Assembly: GCA_002633005.1 (NCBI GenBank)
Contig: NMRA01000041.1
Span: 1,121,294 to 1,185,293, forward strand
Origin: Phoronis australis
Taxonomy: Eukaryota > Animalia > Phoronida
DNA length: 64,000 nucleotides
Direction of reading: 5' to 3'
Position 1 is the first letter of the stretch. Each line of letters begins with the position of its first letter. Below are positions 1 to 12,200 of this stretch, one piece after another. A program made the translations under genes and the position numbers. Under the pieces are notes generated by a model that was given only the letters and a program-made list of their open reading frames with translations, was not told the origin of the DNA and did not search any database.

Positions 1-1494
1 ATCACTCTTTTGTTGGTAACATTCCATAACCTTAAAGTGGAACTTGCACGTTTATTCCTTATCTCTGTGATTGCTTGCTCAAATTCGTTAAAAGCACATG
101 TGAATATGACGAAGGTTGAAAATGGCCAAATGATTTTAAAAACGAGTTTTTGTGTCGAAAATGATCCGCCGTAAATCACTCAACCGTATCCAGAAGGTAT
201 CGTTACACGTGGTGTTGGGGAATAACGTACACTGCATGATGCAGGCTATCTGAGCCCCTAAGTTACGTAATTAGTGCAAAGGTCATTTAACGTAGATGAT
301 ATTCAAATAGCATTGTAGTTTAATTTCTTCTGTATATTCGCATAGTTACTAACATGCAAATACATCTTTAACCCTTCCGTAGATTCTTGGGCAACTGAAT
401 TTGCTTGTGAAGGCAAAATGATGAGCAGCACTCATGAGCGCCCCATTGAGGGCTCCTTCGGAAAAAAGGGACCGACAAATCTCTCTTGGCGGCGCTTTCG
501 GGATAGTTTTACTTTTCTGACATAGGTATTAGGTATCGGAAATGAAGCAAAACGTCATCCTTTTCTAAATTTTGGTCCTTTATAACATTTAAGTTCATGG
601 ATTACTTGTCAAAGGAGAAGTCATCAAATTATTCCTACTGTAGCCCGGCAAACTGTCCTCAAATTAAACATGGGGTGTGTTCCATAGAGGCGAGAATCTC
701 GCGAAAACACTACATCACGCACGACTCCGCGAGATATTGCTATGTATAACCGAAGCACATGATTATACACATGTACTAGCTTCGTCAGAGAGATTCTTGC
801 GACTACATGTACGCAACACTATACGGGCTGGTTTATCAACTCCATGACTCCTCGTAACAGTATAGGTAACTAATATAAATGCTAGCCGCTGGAGGCATAA
901 TTGACTAGTAAGAGACCTAAGAAGAATATACCAAGATTCAGATTTCATGATCAGACAACGAACTTGTTACGGGGCTCGTCCCCTCATTTATGAGGGACTC
1001 CGCGATACACATTTTGTGCTCTGAGAATCCACGGCTACTTTGATTAGGTATGCGGATCGTAGCCAGTAGCCCGCTCATCTGGCACGCAGTTAATGACCGA
1101 CGCTAGTTTCAACTATATTGCTTAACAGGACAGACCGAAAAAACAGTTTAAGGAACATTTTTTTAAAGATCCCCAAGCTAAGAAAGTACTTCTCAGTAAT
1201 CTGCTTAAGGTATAAAGAGAGGTCCGGCGAAACACTCGCCTTTCACTAGGTCACGTGACTACGAGGTGATTGGTCCAATAATATTGGCTCATAACATACG
1301 GACAATTACAAGAGTTCCTGGCAGGTATAAGACAATAAAATATCAGCATCGTTATCAGAAGGTATAACTTCAAGAAGTATACTCCACGGCGCCATACGGC
1401 ACTGCTCTTCTGGCTTAAGGTTACGCTCACTGGTTTCACGCAAATTGACAATATTTAGGAAATGCAAAAAAACAACAAAAACAAAATTCCTTTT

Positions 1495-1840
1495 TCCCAG
1501 ATGGGCACGGTTGCTTCATCGATACTTAGAGTATGTTGTAATCTACGGGGTACACTGGGTGAATCAATTTCTAATCTCAAGATTTTGTTGTCCAGACGAT
1601 CACTTAAATTAGCGCAGGTGCTTGCAAGGAGAAACAAGTCTATACAGCAGCGAGAAAGCAATTCAGAACTCGTTAGCTCGTCATCTTTGAACAACAGACG
1701 CATAATTGCACCGGACGACGTTTGGGAGTTAGGAAGCGTGAAAAATTTACTAATGGTCCTTGATAACAGGAGAAATGTATTCCCATGCCTGCTGATACAG
1801 TTTAGTGACCACGTTACCGATCCTCCCAACTTCTTCATCT
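1495..1840 (-). pseudogene. Possible decayed piggyBac transposase fragment
   Basis: Minus-strand translation DRLDNKILRLEIDS...P...TLSIDEATVP resembles the piggyBac DRL.KIRPL.D...P...LSIDE.MVP region. A piggyBac-like TTAA|CCC terminus lies downstream at 368-374. Confidence 0.4.
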
Positions 1841-1921
1841 TCAGTCAAACATTTATGCATTGGGTTATTTCAGTCTCAGAACCTGTGTTTTACTGCGGGG
1901 CGAAACCCATTTTACATTAGT

Positions 1922-2079
1922 GACATTCTAAGTTCACGAAAACAACAACGGTTTTAAAACTTGACATGTTTCGGTGTCATTTATTATTCATAAATGACAC
2001 CGAAACATGTCAAGTTTTAAAACCGTTGTTGTTTTCGTGAACGTATGCTGTTACTTGCTATCATGGAGACATTCTAAGT
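1922..2079. mobile_element. Perfect 53-bp-arm hairpin insertion with 12-bp flanking direct repeat
   Basis: 1932-1984 is the exact reverse complement of 1990-2042 (5-nt loop). GACATTCTAAGT occurs at 1922-1933 and 2068-2079. Confidence 0.8.
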
Positions 2080-2669
2080 CGTAGCCTCTTCTTCATCGTA
2101 ATTGTGGAAAGAACGCTGAACACTAATTGTAACGAAAAGTGTATCAGGAGTTAACATCAACAAGGGCAACTTGCGGTGGAAGAAATTCACCCCCGTAAAC
2201 CTCATTTGTTGGTTTTTTCAGAACACAAATCTCCCTGAACCCAACAATGAAGATCTCCAATCAACCATCGCCCACACGGATTGCTTGACAACGGCAAAAT
2301 CCCTCGCACTTAACAATATGCTATTAGCGTGACGACAAGCTTATAACGTGTCATTTGGTGTGACAAACACAATTTATTGCTTTTTACATCAAATCTCCAT
2401 TCACGAATCTCCGAACCCGTTTTATCAACCAGTTGAAGGAACAATATTAGTTTTTCGAACGGAAACACAATTTAGGAATTATATTTGAATGGGATGGACT
2501 TCTTTGGTTTATTCGCTTTGATCAGAGCTTTAAAACAAGTTTCCGTTGTTTCTGTCGTGTGTTGGGTGGAATCAAAGCCGCTTACCAGTTCATAAAGATT
2601 TTTAACTTCAGTTGATAACAAATCATTTTCTTTTACTTAATTCAAAAGTAACTATCTATCAAGTACTTG

Positions 2670-3021
2670 TCACGTCGTCGATTTTTCTCCCACAAGGCAA
2701 AGCACAGAGCGTGTGTTCTTCAAGCATAGCACAACATAGACGTAGCAGATTTACCTTATCCGGAAATGTGACCTAAAGCAAATTGAATAAACTAACTGTG
2801 AGCTCATGCGCGCATTATTCATGAGTGGGAGGGAGATTAGAAACTCTGTGGTAACCACAGATTTTTTCCTTCGCGCGTATTTCAAAAATCATGAATTCTG
2901 AGATCTTTTCTTGAAATTTCCTCAAAGCGGAAAGTGAATTACTCTGTACCAGACGTTGCGAGATCGTACTTTCGTCAAGCATTGTTTAAAAGATATTTTG
3001 ACGACTTTCACGTTCTCTTTA
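2670..3021. repeat. Dispersed repeat family, copy upstream of the GPCR
   Basis: Similar to 16560-16748 (TGTGAGC.CATGCGCGCATT..GAGTGGGAGGG; AGACGTTG..AGAT.GTACTTT; CTTTCACGTTC..TCTTTAA) and to 17071-17172 (TCACGTCGTCG..CCCACAAG; CATAGACGTA.CAGATTT..AAATGTGACCT). Confidence 0.65.
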
Positions 3022-3452
3022 ACAGATTAAGAAGACGCCTGTGTAACCTCGTTTTCAAGTCTGGTAGACGGAAGTGTTCATGCTCGTGATACAGGAATAT
3101 ATCCAGTGAGGCCGCAGTGACAACTGTGATACTCTTGTTAGAACGTACAGAAAAAATATAATTTGGGTCCAATTAACAATCATTGTTAACAAAAAATAGT
3201 GCACTGCGCGTGTATTTGTGCTTGATGGTTATAAAGTGTGAAAGCTATTGACTCTAGTGAAATACCAGCTTCGCAGCACCATGGGGCATCCCAGTGATTT
3301 GACAGTTATTTTGTTTTGGTCACAGGATTTGTTAATCGCCATGTTTATAAAAACACGTTGCTTTAAATGTCAAAACTGTTAAAGTTTATCCCATTTACAC
3401 ATTTCAGATTAACGAACACGTTTGGAATCTCGGTGAATCAAAGTCAACAATA

Positions 3453-4187
3453 ATGGTATCCCTTGTTAATATGACGATGGACTATGAAGACGTTTCCGAT
3501 GATTCGCCCAAAGGCTACGCAACACCCAGCATTGGCCCAAAGATAATACTGTCCATCGTTTATCCAGCTATTATTATTGTGACTGTCGGTGGAAATGGGA
3601 TCGTGTGCTTCACAGTGATGTATGAAAAACGCATGCGCACACTGACAAACACCTTTATTGTAAACTTGGCCATAAGCGACATCCTTATAGCAACATTTAC
3701 GATGCCGTTTACCTTCTTACACACAACTGTTTTCCCGTACTGGCCATTTGGAAACGCCATGTGCCGAATCATGAACTATATAATGGCTGTCAGCATCTTT
3801 GTGAGCTCATATACTTTGATAACTATTGCTGCCGACAGATACGTTGCCATCATCTATCCTCTGCGACCCAGAATGACCAAGTTCCAAGCAATCCTGGCTG
3901 TAGCGGGAATTTGGGTGTTTTCATGCATCTTAGCGTCACCTCTTGCGGTGTATACAACCGTTGAAAACCATACTGAGGCCGGCAACACGACACAGTGTTC
4001 TGAGAAGTGGCCTAATGATGGTGTCGCTAGAGCATATGATGTGCTCCTCATGTGCGTCCATTATGTGGTGCCAGTAGTGGTACTGGCTTTTGCGTACTTC
4101 CGGATCGCGTACGTTATATGGGGAAAGAAAACGCCTGGAGAAGCTGAAAATAACAGGGACCAGAGAATGGCGGAATCCAAACGAAAG
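3453..4187 (+). CDS. Luqin/RYamide-type neuropeptide GPCR (rhodopsin family), coding exon 1 (TM1-TM5 and ICL3)
   Basis: GNGIV (TM1), NLAISD (TM2), WPFG..MC, ADRYVAIIYPLRPR (DRY) and PGEAENNRDQRMAESKRK in ICL3, which is typical of luqin/RYamide receptors. Phase-0 donor AAG|GTACGC at 4187/4188. An acceptor-like TTTCAG ending at 3407 suggests an upstream 5'UTR exon. Confidence 0.9.
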
Positions 4188-4303
4188 GTACGCATTAATA
4201 AATCTTGTAAATTTGAGTGATCCAGCGAGGTTGTAACTATCCGGTTGTGTGTTACCTTAATACGGAGAATGACATTCGCCCAATAAATGTTTCAATATGT
4301 CAC

Positions 4304-4456
4304 CAGGGGCGGATCCAGGATTTTGAGTTGGCTGGAAGGGCAGAGTATTAGCCAGGATTTTGCCCCTCAGACATTCGCACACTCGAATTGTCAAATGGAA
4401 TCTGGGAGAATTTGGGGGTCATGGCCTCCTTGGCCCTCCCTCTAAATCCGCCCCTG
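4304..4456. mobile_element. Small MITE in the GPCR intron
   Basis: Inverted ends CAGGGGCGGAT and ATCCGCCCCTG, a terminus common in invertebrate MITEs. Confidence 0.65.
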
Positions 4457-5695
4457 ATCACTCAATGCTTTTTCTGATTATATGCTCTGTTTACGGATAG
4501 CGAGATACGTGGTACTCACAGGTTATTGTTGGATAATGTTCATCCTGAGCAGTGCCACCAGCATACTTAGATATGCGATCTCTAGATATCAGTTCATTTT
4601 AGGATTTCAAAAAGCGAGGTGTCCAGTTTATCATAGACGGAGACGAGTGAACAGGTCTAGTGAACGCTTTCTGGATTCTGGATTAGAATGACTTGTATCC
4701 CACAAATCTGTGTTCTTGGAGGCACATACACTTATTTCCACTATCTGTACAGAGGTCATGAGACTTGATATACACGAACTCATTCAGCTGTTTTGAACTC
4801 TATTTACCACACGGAATTCACCGAAGCATAAAGATTGTGCTAGGCCGGCTGAAAATCTTAAACCACCCCAAGAGTGATTGTTTTATCTTTTGTGACCATC
4901 GACAAGCGAAGGAATTAAAATATTACAAAATGGTGGGCATTTTTACCCACAAGCCTTCACTGTATATTTTAAAACACTCAAGTTTTTAGACGTTAAGTGA
5001 AATGAAGTAGGCCTAAGGGTAAGCCAGGTCGAGTTGGCTCGTATGTTCCATTGCTGCGACCGTGGTGATAACGGCGCTGCTAACGTTGACGCAATACACA
5101 GTAGCACCAAGAATTTCCAGTGTAGACGTCATTGGGCATGACAACAATTATGTGGTCACTCTTGAGCATTTCCATCGTGCAAAAGAGTGAATGGCATACT
5201 AGGCATAATTGGAATTCTGCAGCAACTTGGGCTGTTGTGGTAGTTTAAGATGCTGGGGGTATCTTGGCCGTTCTGGTAATTTGGTATGTTCTGACTATTC
5301 GAATTGTTGGGCAGATTTTGACATCTTCTATAGTAAAGCGAAATTGACACTTGTTGTTACAGTTTGGGGAAACTGACAATTTGGATTGCGAATGACGCCT
5401 CAATTTGTCACAACCCAACCAATGTTACTTTTTGGGCATTTAGATAAACCTAGCGTTCACCACAATATTTTGAGATTAGGTTATTGGTGGTAAATTTGCC
5501 AATTCAAGCGTTGCTGTCAAAGCGTTCTGAGTGCTACGGGAAATGATCAGTTTAATTTCGATTACCAACTTATGAATTAGCTCTAGCTATCAAGCTTGTT
5601 AAAAGCGATGAGAAAGGGCTCCTTAATATCATTTATCGGGTTTTTAGTCTTGATAAATACCATTTGTTGGTCAAATCATGTGAGTCTAGCCTGTT

Positions 5696-5770
5696 CCGAC
5701 CGGGGTTTGAACCTGGAACTTTCTGCTAACCGTTCGGACGCTTTAGTGCACTGAGCGATTGGAACCAGCG
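5696..5770 (-). mobile_element. tRNA-derived SINE-like head in the GPCR intron
   Basis: Minus strand TCGCTCAGTG...AAAGCG...GGTTCAAACCCCGGTCGG (A/B-box spacing). A second B-box-like fragment lies at ~5922-5946. Confidence 0.45.
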
Positions 5771-6047
5771 GTCAATTACAGAAGTCCAAACAGACATAAT
5801 ATGAGGCGTTCTAACCAAACTTGGGAGTGCCTAATACATGCATTTATTTTTTCTCATAAATCACTTAGTTGGTACAGGTGTATCTTAATGTAAGAATTTT
5901 TAGTCTTCATACATGTTGGTCGCGACCGAAGTTCGAACCCGTGACCAAGATATGGCGAGTATGAAGACTAATAATCCTTACCTATAGGCAATATCAACGT
6001 GCCGATGTTTAACGACACAATTACATACATTTGATTTATCGTTTCAG

Positions 6048-6527
6048 ATAATCAAGATGATGATAACAGTCGTCATTTTCTACGCTCTTTGCTGGTTGCC
6101 GTTTTACGTTTTCGTAACGATCATGAGAGTTTCTGAGGTGTCCAACGCAGAGAACACATCTATCTTGAAAATTATCTTTATGGCGTCGCACATTCTGGCA
6201 ATGAGCAACTCCTGTTACAACCCACTCATCTATTGCTGGATGAGCTCGAGGTTTCGACAAGGGTTCAAGTTCGTTTTTCGGTGGTGCCCGTGTGTCAATT
6301 ACGTAGCCTCGCCCACAAAAAGGTCTCATTTGACGGCGCGCAACACGTGCACTACAACAGGGGGTATATCTGTAAGATCGAAGACATCTGGTACCTCTCA
6401 GGTTAACTGTGGCCGACGAGGACCTTCGTATGTACATCAAGAATCGGTTCCTCTGACCATGTCTTCGTTAGAAGACAACACGGTAGACGATCATATGAAT
6501 GGCAATAGGAGAGTTTATAGGTTTTAG
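6048..6527 (+). CDS. Luqin/RYamide-type GPCR, coding exon 2 (TM6, TM7, C-tail)
   Basis: Acceptor GTTTCAG|ATA at 6047/6048 joins in frame to give KRK|IIKMMITVV. Contains CWLP, SNSCYNPLIYCWM, helix 8 FRQGF and the C-tail Cys pair WCPC. Spliced product is about 404 aa. Confidence 0.9.
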   Translation: MIKMMITVVIFYALCWLPFYVFVTIMRVSEVSNAENTSILKIIFMASHILAMSNSCYNPLIYCWMSSRFRQGFKFVFRWCPCVNYVASPTKRSHLTARNTCTTTGGISVRSKTSGTSQVNCGRRGPSYVHQESVPLTMSSLEDNTVDDHMNGNRRVYRF

Positions 6528-9500
6528 AGCTGAACTCGTTTTCCATCACCCCCAGTGATTAATTTTATTGTGCACAATATGTTGTCGAATTCCTTTATTA
6601 ATCCGGACATTACCCTTTGTTGCGGCAATAAAAGATGTGTTATTGATTTTCAATGAAGACAAAGATGAGTTTAAATCTTTTTGTTTTAGCGCATTACTGA
6701 AAAGGTCAAGATAGATACCAAAGTAATGATAGAGGCGCAGTGACAACAACATTGCAACATTAGTCAAGCAAAATAAATGGCGAACTGTTCAAAGGCTTCT
6801 TTCAATTAGGAGAACATGGATGGCTTACCCAACGGACATTTCTGGAGATGATCAAGTCGATAGCGTTGGCAAGCACATACATACACGCTGTTCTAGGTAT
6901 CGAAAAAGCATGCTAAACCCCGTTTTGCTCAGTAGTAGTTTTCCCATGCAACTTTCTAAGCCAAGATAATGTTCCGTTACCTTCGAAAATCTTTAAAACT
7001 CCTTACGAAGTCTGTTTAACGAGCAAGATGCATGACAACTGCGGGGGAAGATCCCCAGAACCATGGTATTTATTCTGTGACACAGTGAGTATGAGATTTT
7101 AGTTGGCATCTGATTGTATCACTTAAGTGTGGCACCAACGGAGTTTAGTATCCTTTTAAAGAATTACACTCTAGATAATTTCATTGAGACGTCATCCAAT
7201 GAACCAGAGAAGACCAATGAAGGACATATCGCGCTTGGTCACGTCAAATCAAAAGAATCAGGGGTACACACCTCAGTTTCAGAATATATAAAGCAATGAT
7301 CCGGTTGTTTCAAAGGCAATGCGATTCTCTTCCGAAGGATCGGGTCCTGCTCAGGCCCGTGCAGGTCCCCGAAGCAGGCTAATCGGTCGCAGGTCTACAT
7401 TGGTACTTGGATAACTCAGTATTAATCGACATGATAATAAATTTTTGTTTGCTAATTTCCCCAAACTGATTCCAACATCTATTTTTTGTGCAATTCTCAT
7501 TTTCTTCAGATAAAATGTCAACATTCAGCCACAACCACTTTCTCAAAAAATAACAGATTGGATCAGAATTTCGGAAATAGGGACATTTTCTTGTCTCAGT
7601 ACATACAAAGTGTAAATGAAGATTTAGAAAGAAGTTTAATGTCTTCAGTGAATATAAAACCTTATTGAATCCTGAGAAAGATTGCTGTGTATCAAGAATA
7701 AGAATCTGTAGGATTGTCGTTGCTGGCTTTCGATGTCAGCTGTCTTGAGATAGAACGAGGTAAATACGAAAGTATCCCCAGGGAGCAGCACTTGCTGTGT
7801 AAATATTCATAGAGGGAATAGGTACCCTACAGACTCATATAAACGCTCATCACGTGACCTAGTAATTAAAAGTCTGAAAAAATGAACTCGAACCCGGGAC
7901 GTTCTACACTCCTTTGCAGTCTACTTGGCCTTTCGGGAACAGCGCACAAACAAAGAAAGCCAGCCACACTTTTCTTTTGAAGGAGTAAACGTACATGTTG
8001 TTCAGTAAGGTGCCTACTCTATGCCTGTACAGAATCTGTATCTCTGCTGGTCATTCATATTGTAAATATTGTTCTACTGTGGCTTAGGCAAACTTTAAAT
8101 TGAAAACGAATGGGCCTACCACACACCATATTTACGAGTATGCTGTAAAGTGACATCAGGAAAATATATTTTTATTCCAAATCTTTATCACTCATTTGTA
8201 AAGTTTAACGCACGTTATATAACACTTTTCGTGAAATTAGTCTTCTATATGTGATAGTTAAACTGTTATTAATAAACATTGAACATGCGATAAGGGGGAG
8301 CTAACATTTCTTTTTTTGAAATATATGAGGATGGTCGATCTTTTTCAACAGTCGTGTATCAACCGTCCGAAAGCGTTAGTATTGATGGTCAATTCAACAT
8401 ACTTGGTAAAGACCTTGTTCCAAAGTTCAACACTGTACGAACAATATCTGTTTTTTAATTTGAATAGTCCACACGTTGTAAATACATGTTAGTAGGCTAA
8501 ATCTGACTTTGTATGCTTTTAAGCAAACTCTCTGTTGTGTTAAAACTGGAATCACACTTGTTGTGAATAATAGGTGCATGTATGCGTCAAGTTTGACCTT
8601 TAGGATCATTCTACCAATCTTGAGCAAAGCAGGGGCCTGTCTCATGCAAAGTTGACCTAAAACCGAAGATAGAACTTTGGTCTTACGTTCCAACTTCACA
8701 GTTTATGAATGAAGATTTGACAAAGTAACTATGAAGCCACCATAATGTAGAAATAATCCATAGACAACAGTTCGGTATATATTCTAAAAGTATTTGCACT
8801 TTGCTCAAGTGAGACTTACTTATTTGTCAAATATAGTCATGTGGAAGGTGAGGCCGATTTTTATTTGATTTTTAATTCACTTTTCATGAAATATATGCAT
8901 ACCCTTGAGGTTTATAAGCTTTCGAGTGTGAACAAAGTCTTTTGGAAGCTGTGCTTTTCAAAACATAGCGAATTTCAGAATTATTTGTCCTCCCACACAT
9001 GACCGTTTCCTTAATCAAGAAATAGCTTGAACCACAGATTACAGACGACAGATTCGCAGCTTGCGAAATATCCTGCAGGAGGCGCCACCCTCTAAACACA
9101 GTAAGCTCAGCTTCCGGTTAGTATATTGTGACGGGAAATTCTTCCATCTAGTACAACGAAAAAATGATAATTTCGGCATTGAAACGTTGTTCAAGGTCTT
9201 TCAACAGTAGAATCCAGAAATTTTAAGCGGCACCGACAAGCATTCGAGCTTAAAATGAAACGTCAAGTAAACTGCTGTTCAAGTGCGGGATTGGTTTTTG
9301 AGTAGGCCTGGTGGTTATTTCTGGCTTTGAACTTAACATATTACGAGCGTTCTATTTATTCAAACACGGACGTGAGTTGGGCAAAATCGCCGATCCACAT
9401 CCCGACGAAATGACCGTGATTAGCAGACAACGTACTTGCCGGAAGTAATGCGTGCTATATTTGCCAAGTGTCGCTAGTGAATAATTACGTCACGGCTTAT

Positions 9501-9706
9501 TCGTAAGATCACAGATTTCGTCCATTGAAAATATACGGAGCTGGCGGTCCGTCTGTGCTTGAACGAACACGGAATTCCATGTTTATTCCGGCATATCTGG
9601 CTTATGCCGTACAATTATTCTGCTTATTATGAGTTTGCCATTGCTAGCAACCAAATGTTCAGGAATCAAACTTCACTGGGTTTCTAAGCTGTGAAAACAT
9701 AAGACC

Positions 9707-10628
9707 ATAGAACTTTAGACCTGGAATGCCAACTTTGATCTCGCGCCGCAGAGGTTCCGTAGACTTTGTTTGCATTCGTTCCGGTGTTGGCTCTTGCTAT
9801 GTAATTTGCTGTCAATAAAACTTTTCGAATCTTCACCTTTTCTTACCGAGTTGCACTGATAAGAGGCACAAGAAAGCCCATTATCAGTTCTAGAAGGTTA
9901 TTATTTTTTAACGGGAGACGTAGCACCCAAAAGTGCCCGACGCTGTTTTTTGTTTGTTTAGTCTAATAGGAAATTACGGGTGCTGCAAAACCCATGAAAT
10001 GCGAAAATTGGGCTATGTCGAGTAGGCAATTGCTATGGTATATGATCAATTTTGCCGCCTTTCAAAAAGCGGGACATTGTGATTGTGTGACGGAATGGCG
10101 GGAAAATTCAAAATATTTAATAGCTGCGCAATTATGAAACGCTTTTGGGAAGTCACGCTAACACACCCGTTAGTAGGGCATAAGTTTGTCATGAATAATT
10201 GTAGAACAAATGTTCAGAAACCAAATTCATTTCTTTCCGTACTGTAAAGTGATTTTAACGCCCGAAATTTCTTGTTTGAGAGGCTGTCGAAAGTGGTTCT
10301 ACGACTGGAGATGAAAAGACATCAGAGGACAGACTAATCCCGGTATCTAGCATGGGCCACAGGTCGGTGTGTATAAAGAATGACGTCAGTGTAATTGACT
10401 GGTTTGGTGACTAATTTTGCCGAGAAATCATTGCTTGTCGGAAATCGTACATAAAGAGTCTTGCTTGATAAACAAAAATAAATCAAAATGAAAATAAGCA
10501 AAGGAATTAAACCTGATTTGATAACTCCCTATCATAAGTCAGTCGAAACTCTTGCAGCTAGTCTCGGACATGCAAATAAAATATATAGGTGTCGTTGTGG
10601 AGTTGGCATTCCAGGGCTAGAGTTCTAT
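9707..10628. mobile_element. Non-autonomous TIR DNA transposon (~920 bp)
   Basis: About 28-bp TIRs ATAGAACTTTAGACCTGGAATGCCAACT and AGTTGGCATTCCAGGGCTAGAGTTCTAT. The same terminus recurs at ~15291-15308 and ~22426-22447. Confidence 0.7.
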
Positions 10629-11549
10629 ACATAACAGCCAACGGTTCATATTGAATTCAAGGTAAGAATGTTACGATTGATGGTAGTAATGTTTCTTCCA
10701 ACCTTCAAAAGTGTCCAAGGCGCTCTTGCTCTTAAAAATTAAACTTTGCCCAATTGTTCATTCAAAAACGGTATGCAGTAAAGTCAGCGGTCACACTGGT
10801 TGTAAGAAATATAATCTTCGGTGAATACGTTGGCATGGTCTTACACTTGAGAAACATGTTTCTAGTGCCTTAATTTTTTGCTTTAAAAGAAAGAGTCAGG
10901 TGGTCGTAAATTCGTCGCACAAGCTTGTATTTTATGTGCAGTAACGTTCACGATATCTTCATTCGGAAATTGGTATACTTCTTAGTTGATCATGTCCCGC
11001 GTTACTGCTACTGAAACAATTTTTTATTGGCACACGTCTTAGGTTGGTTAACTTAGGCCACTAGGTTCATTAAAATGGAGTATATTTTATCTCTTTTGCC
11101 CAAAGAACCTCACACGTAATTCAATGACACAGGCCTCATCGTGTTTAATCAACACTTACGTGATGTGTAGATTGCAAAAAATATATTGAAGAAATATTAA
11201 GAAAGCGGCGACTTTAATCGTAAAAGCCAACGATTATTAGCTTCCGTGCAGACGTCGTATAAATATATACAGACATTTGGGTCGATCTGTACAAAAACGA
11301 AGTGGACAAAAATCTGACACAAATTCGTATAACGCCTTAGAAACTACATTCTTCTTCAGTAAATTAATTTCGTTGCAGGTTCAATAAATTACCGTCATTC
11401 TGTTATTCTTCGACTTATTTTGGGGGCGATCATATATATCGGGCTTGAGTACCATAAAATACAGAATCCAAGCTGACCATTATCACCCATATTAAATCTC
11501 ATCTGTAATACACTGCTGTTTGGCGATAAATACACGTGCATCGTGCTCT

Positions 11550-12200
11550 TTAAGTAAGCTTGAAAAACATAGTAGCCATGTAAAAACGATAAAATAGAGC
11601 TGGGGGAAAAACAAACAGGGAGATTTTAGACCAATTTGATTTCCCAAAAACGAGTATCTGCACGCTAAAGTGGACATCTGATTCAAAAAAGCTGTCTAGA
11701 GTCCAAAGAGTAAAATTGTAAAGTGCCAGCATAGCAAAGCGATTGCTTAATCCAGATGGTTTCTTAAGCTTAGGATTTGAAGCTCTCACAACTAGCAAGT
11801 TTTGGAAGAAGGCTTGAACCATGTCGACAATGTACGTGACCACCATCACTGCACCAAGCGTTGCATAAGACTGGTCTTTTTGTTGCAAGTTAATTAATAA
11901 AGCAAAACCAGAAATAATGCTAAGCATATGTTTTAACCATGTGCCCCCTGCAGTAATATACACTGCCCTCTCGTGTTCAGAAAAATCAGCGTCTGCTGCA
12001 TCACATCTGCTTATCCCATGAACAGCCGCACAGATTGTAAGGCCACAGAGCAACGTCTTGAGAATATAGAGGACGTACATGTACGCCATCCAATCTTCCG
12101 TCGATTCATGAAGAACATCGGTTATGATTTGGAAAACGAAAAGGGCACCAACCGGAGAGGCGAACACATAGAAGGTGCAGTTGTCACCGTTATCGGTAGC
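11550..12200 (-). CDS. Otopetrin-like gene A, coding exon 2 (C-domain, TM7-TM12)
   Basis: Phase-0 acceptor TTTGCAG|GCT at 12201/12200. Motifs VQAFFQN (TM10), LYNFTLW (TM11) and FG..NW......P.ALFYRF (TM12 otopetrin signature). Spliced protein is about 530 aa. Confidence 0.82.
   Translation of the reverse strand, partial: ATDNGDNCTFYVFASPVGALFVFQIITDVLHESTEDWMAYMYVLYILKTLLCGLTICAAVHGISRCDAADADFSEHERAVYITAGGTWLKHMLSIISGFALLINLQQKDQSYATLGAVMVVTYIVDMVQAFFQNLLVVRASNPKLKKPSGLSNRFAMLALYNFTLWTLDSFFESDVHFSVQILVFGKSNWSKISLFVFPPALFYRFYMATMFFKLT

Noticed and set aside
1462-1920. 152-aa plus-strand ORF
   Set aside because: No recognisable motif; it is antisense to a possible piggyBac remnant.
3270-3292. 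REST/NRSE-like CAGCACCATGG upstream of the GPCR
   Set aside because: The right half-site (GGACAG) is missing, and REST is regarded as chordate-specific whereas this looks non-chordate.
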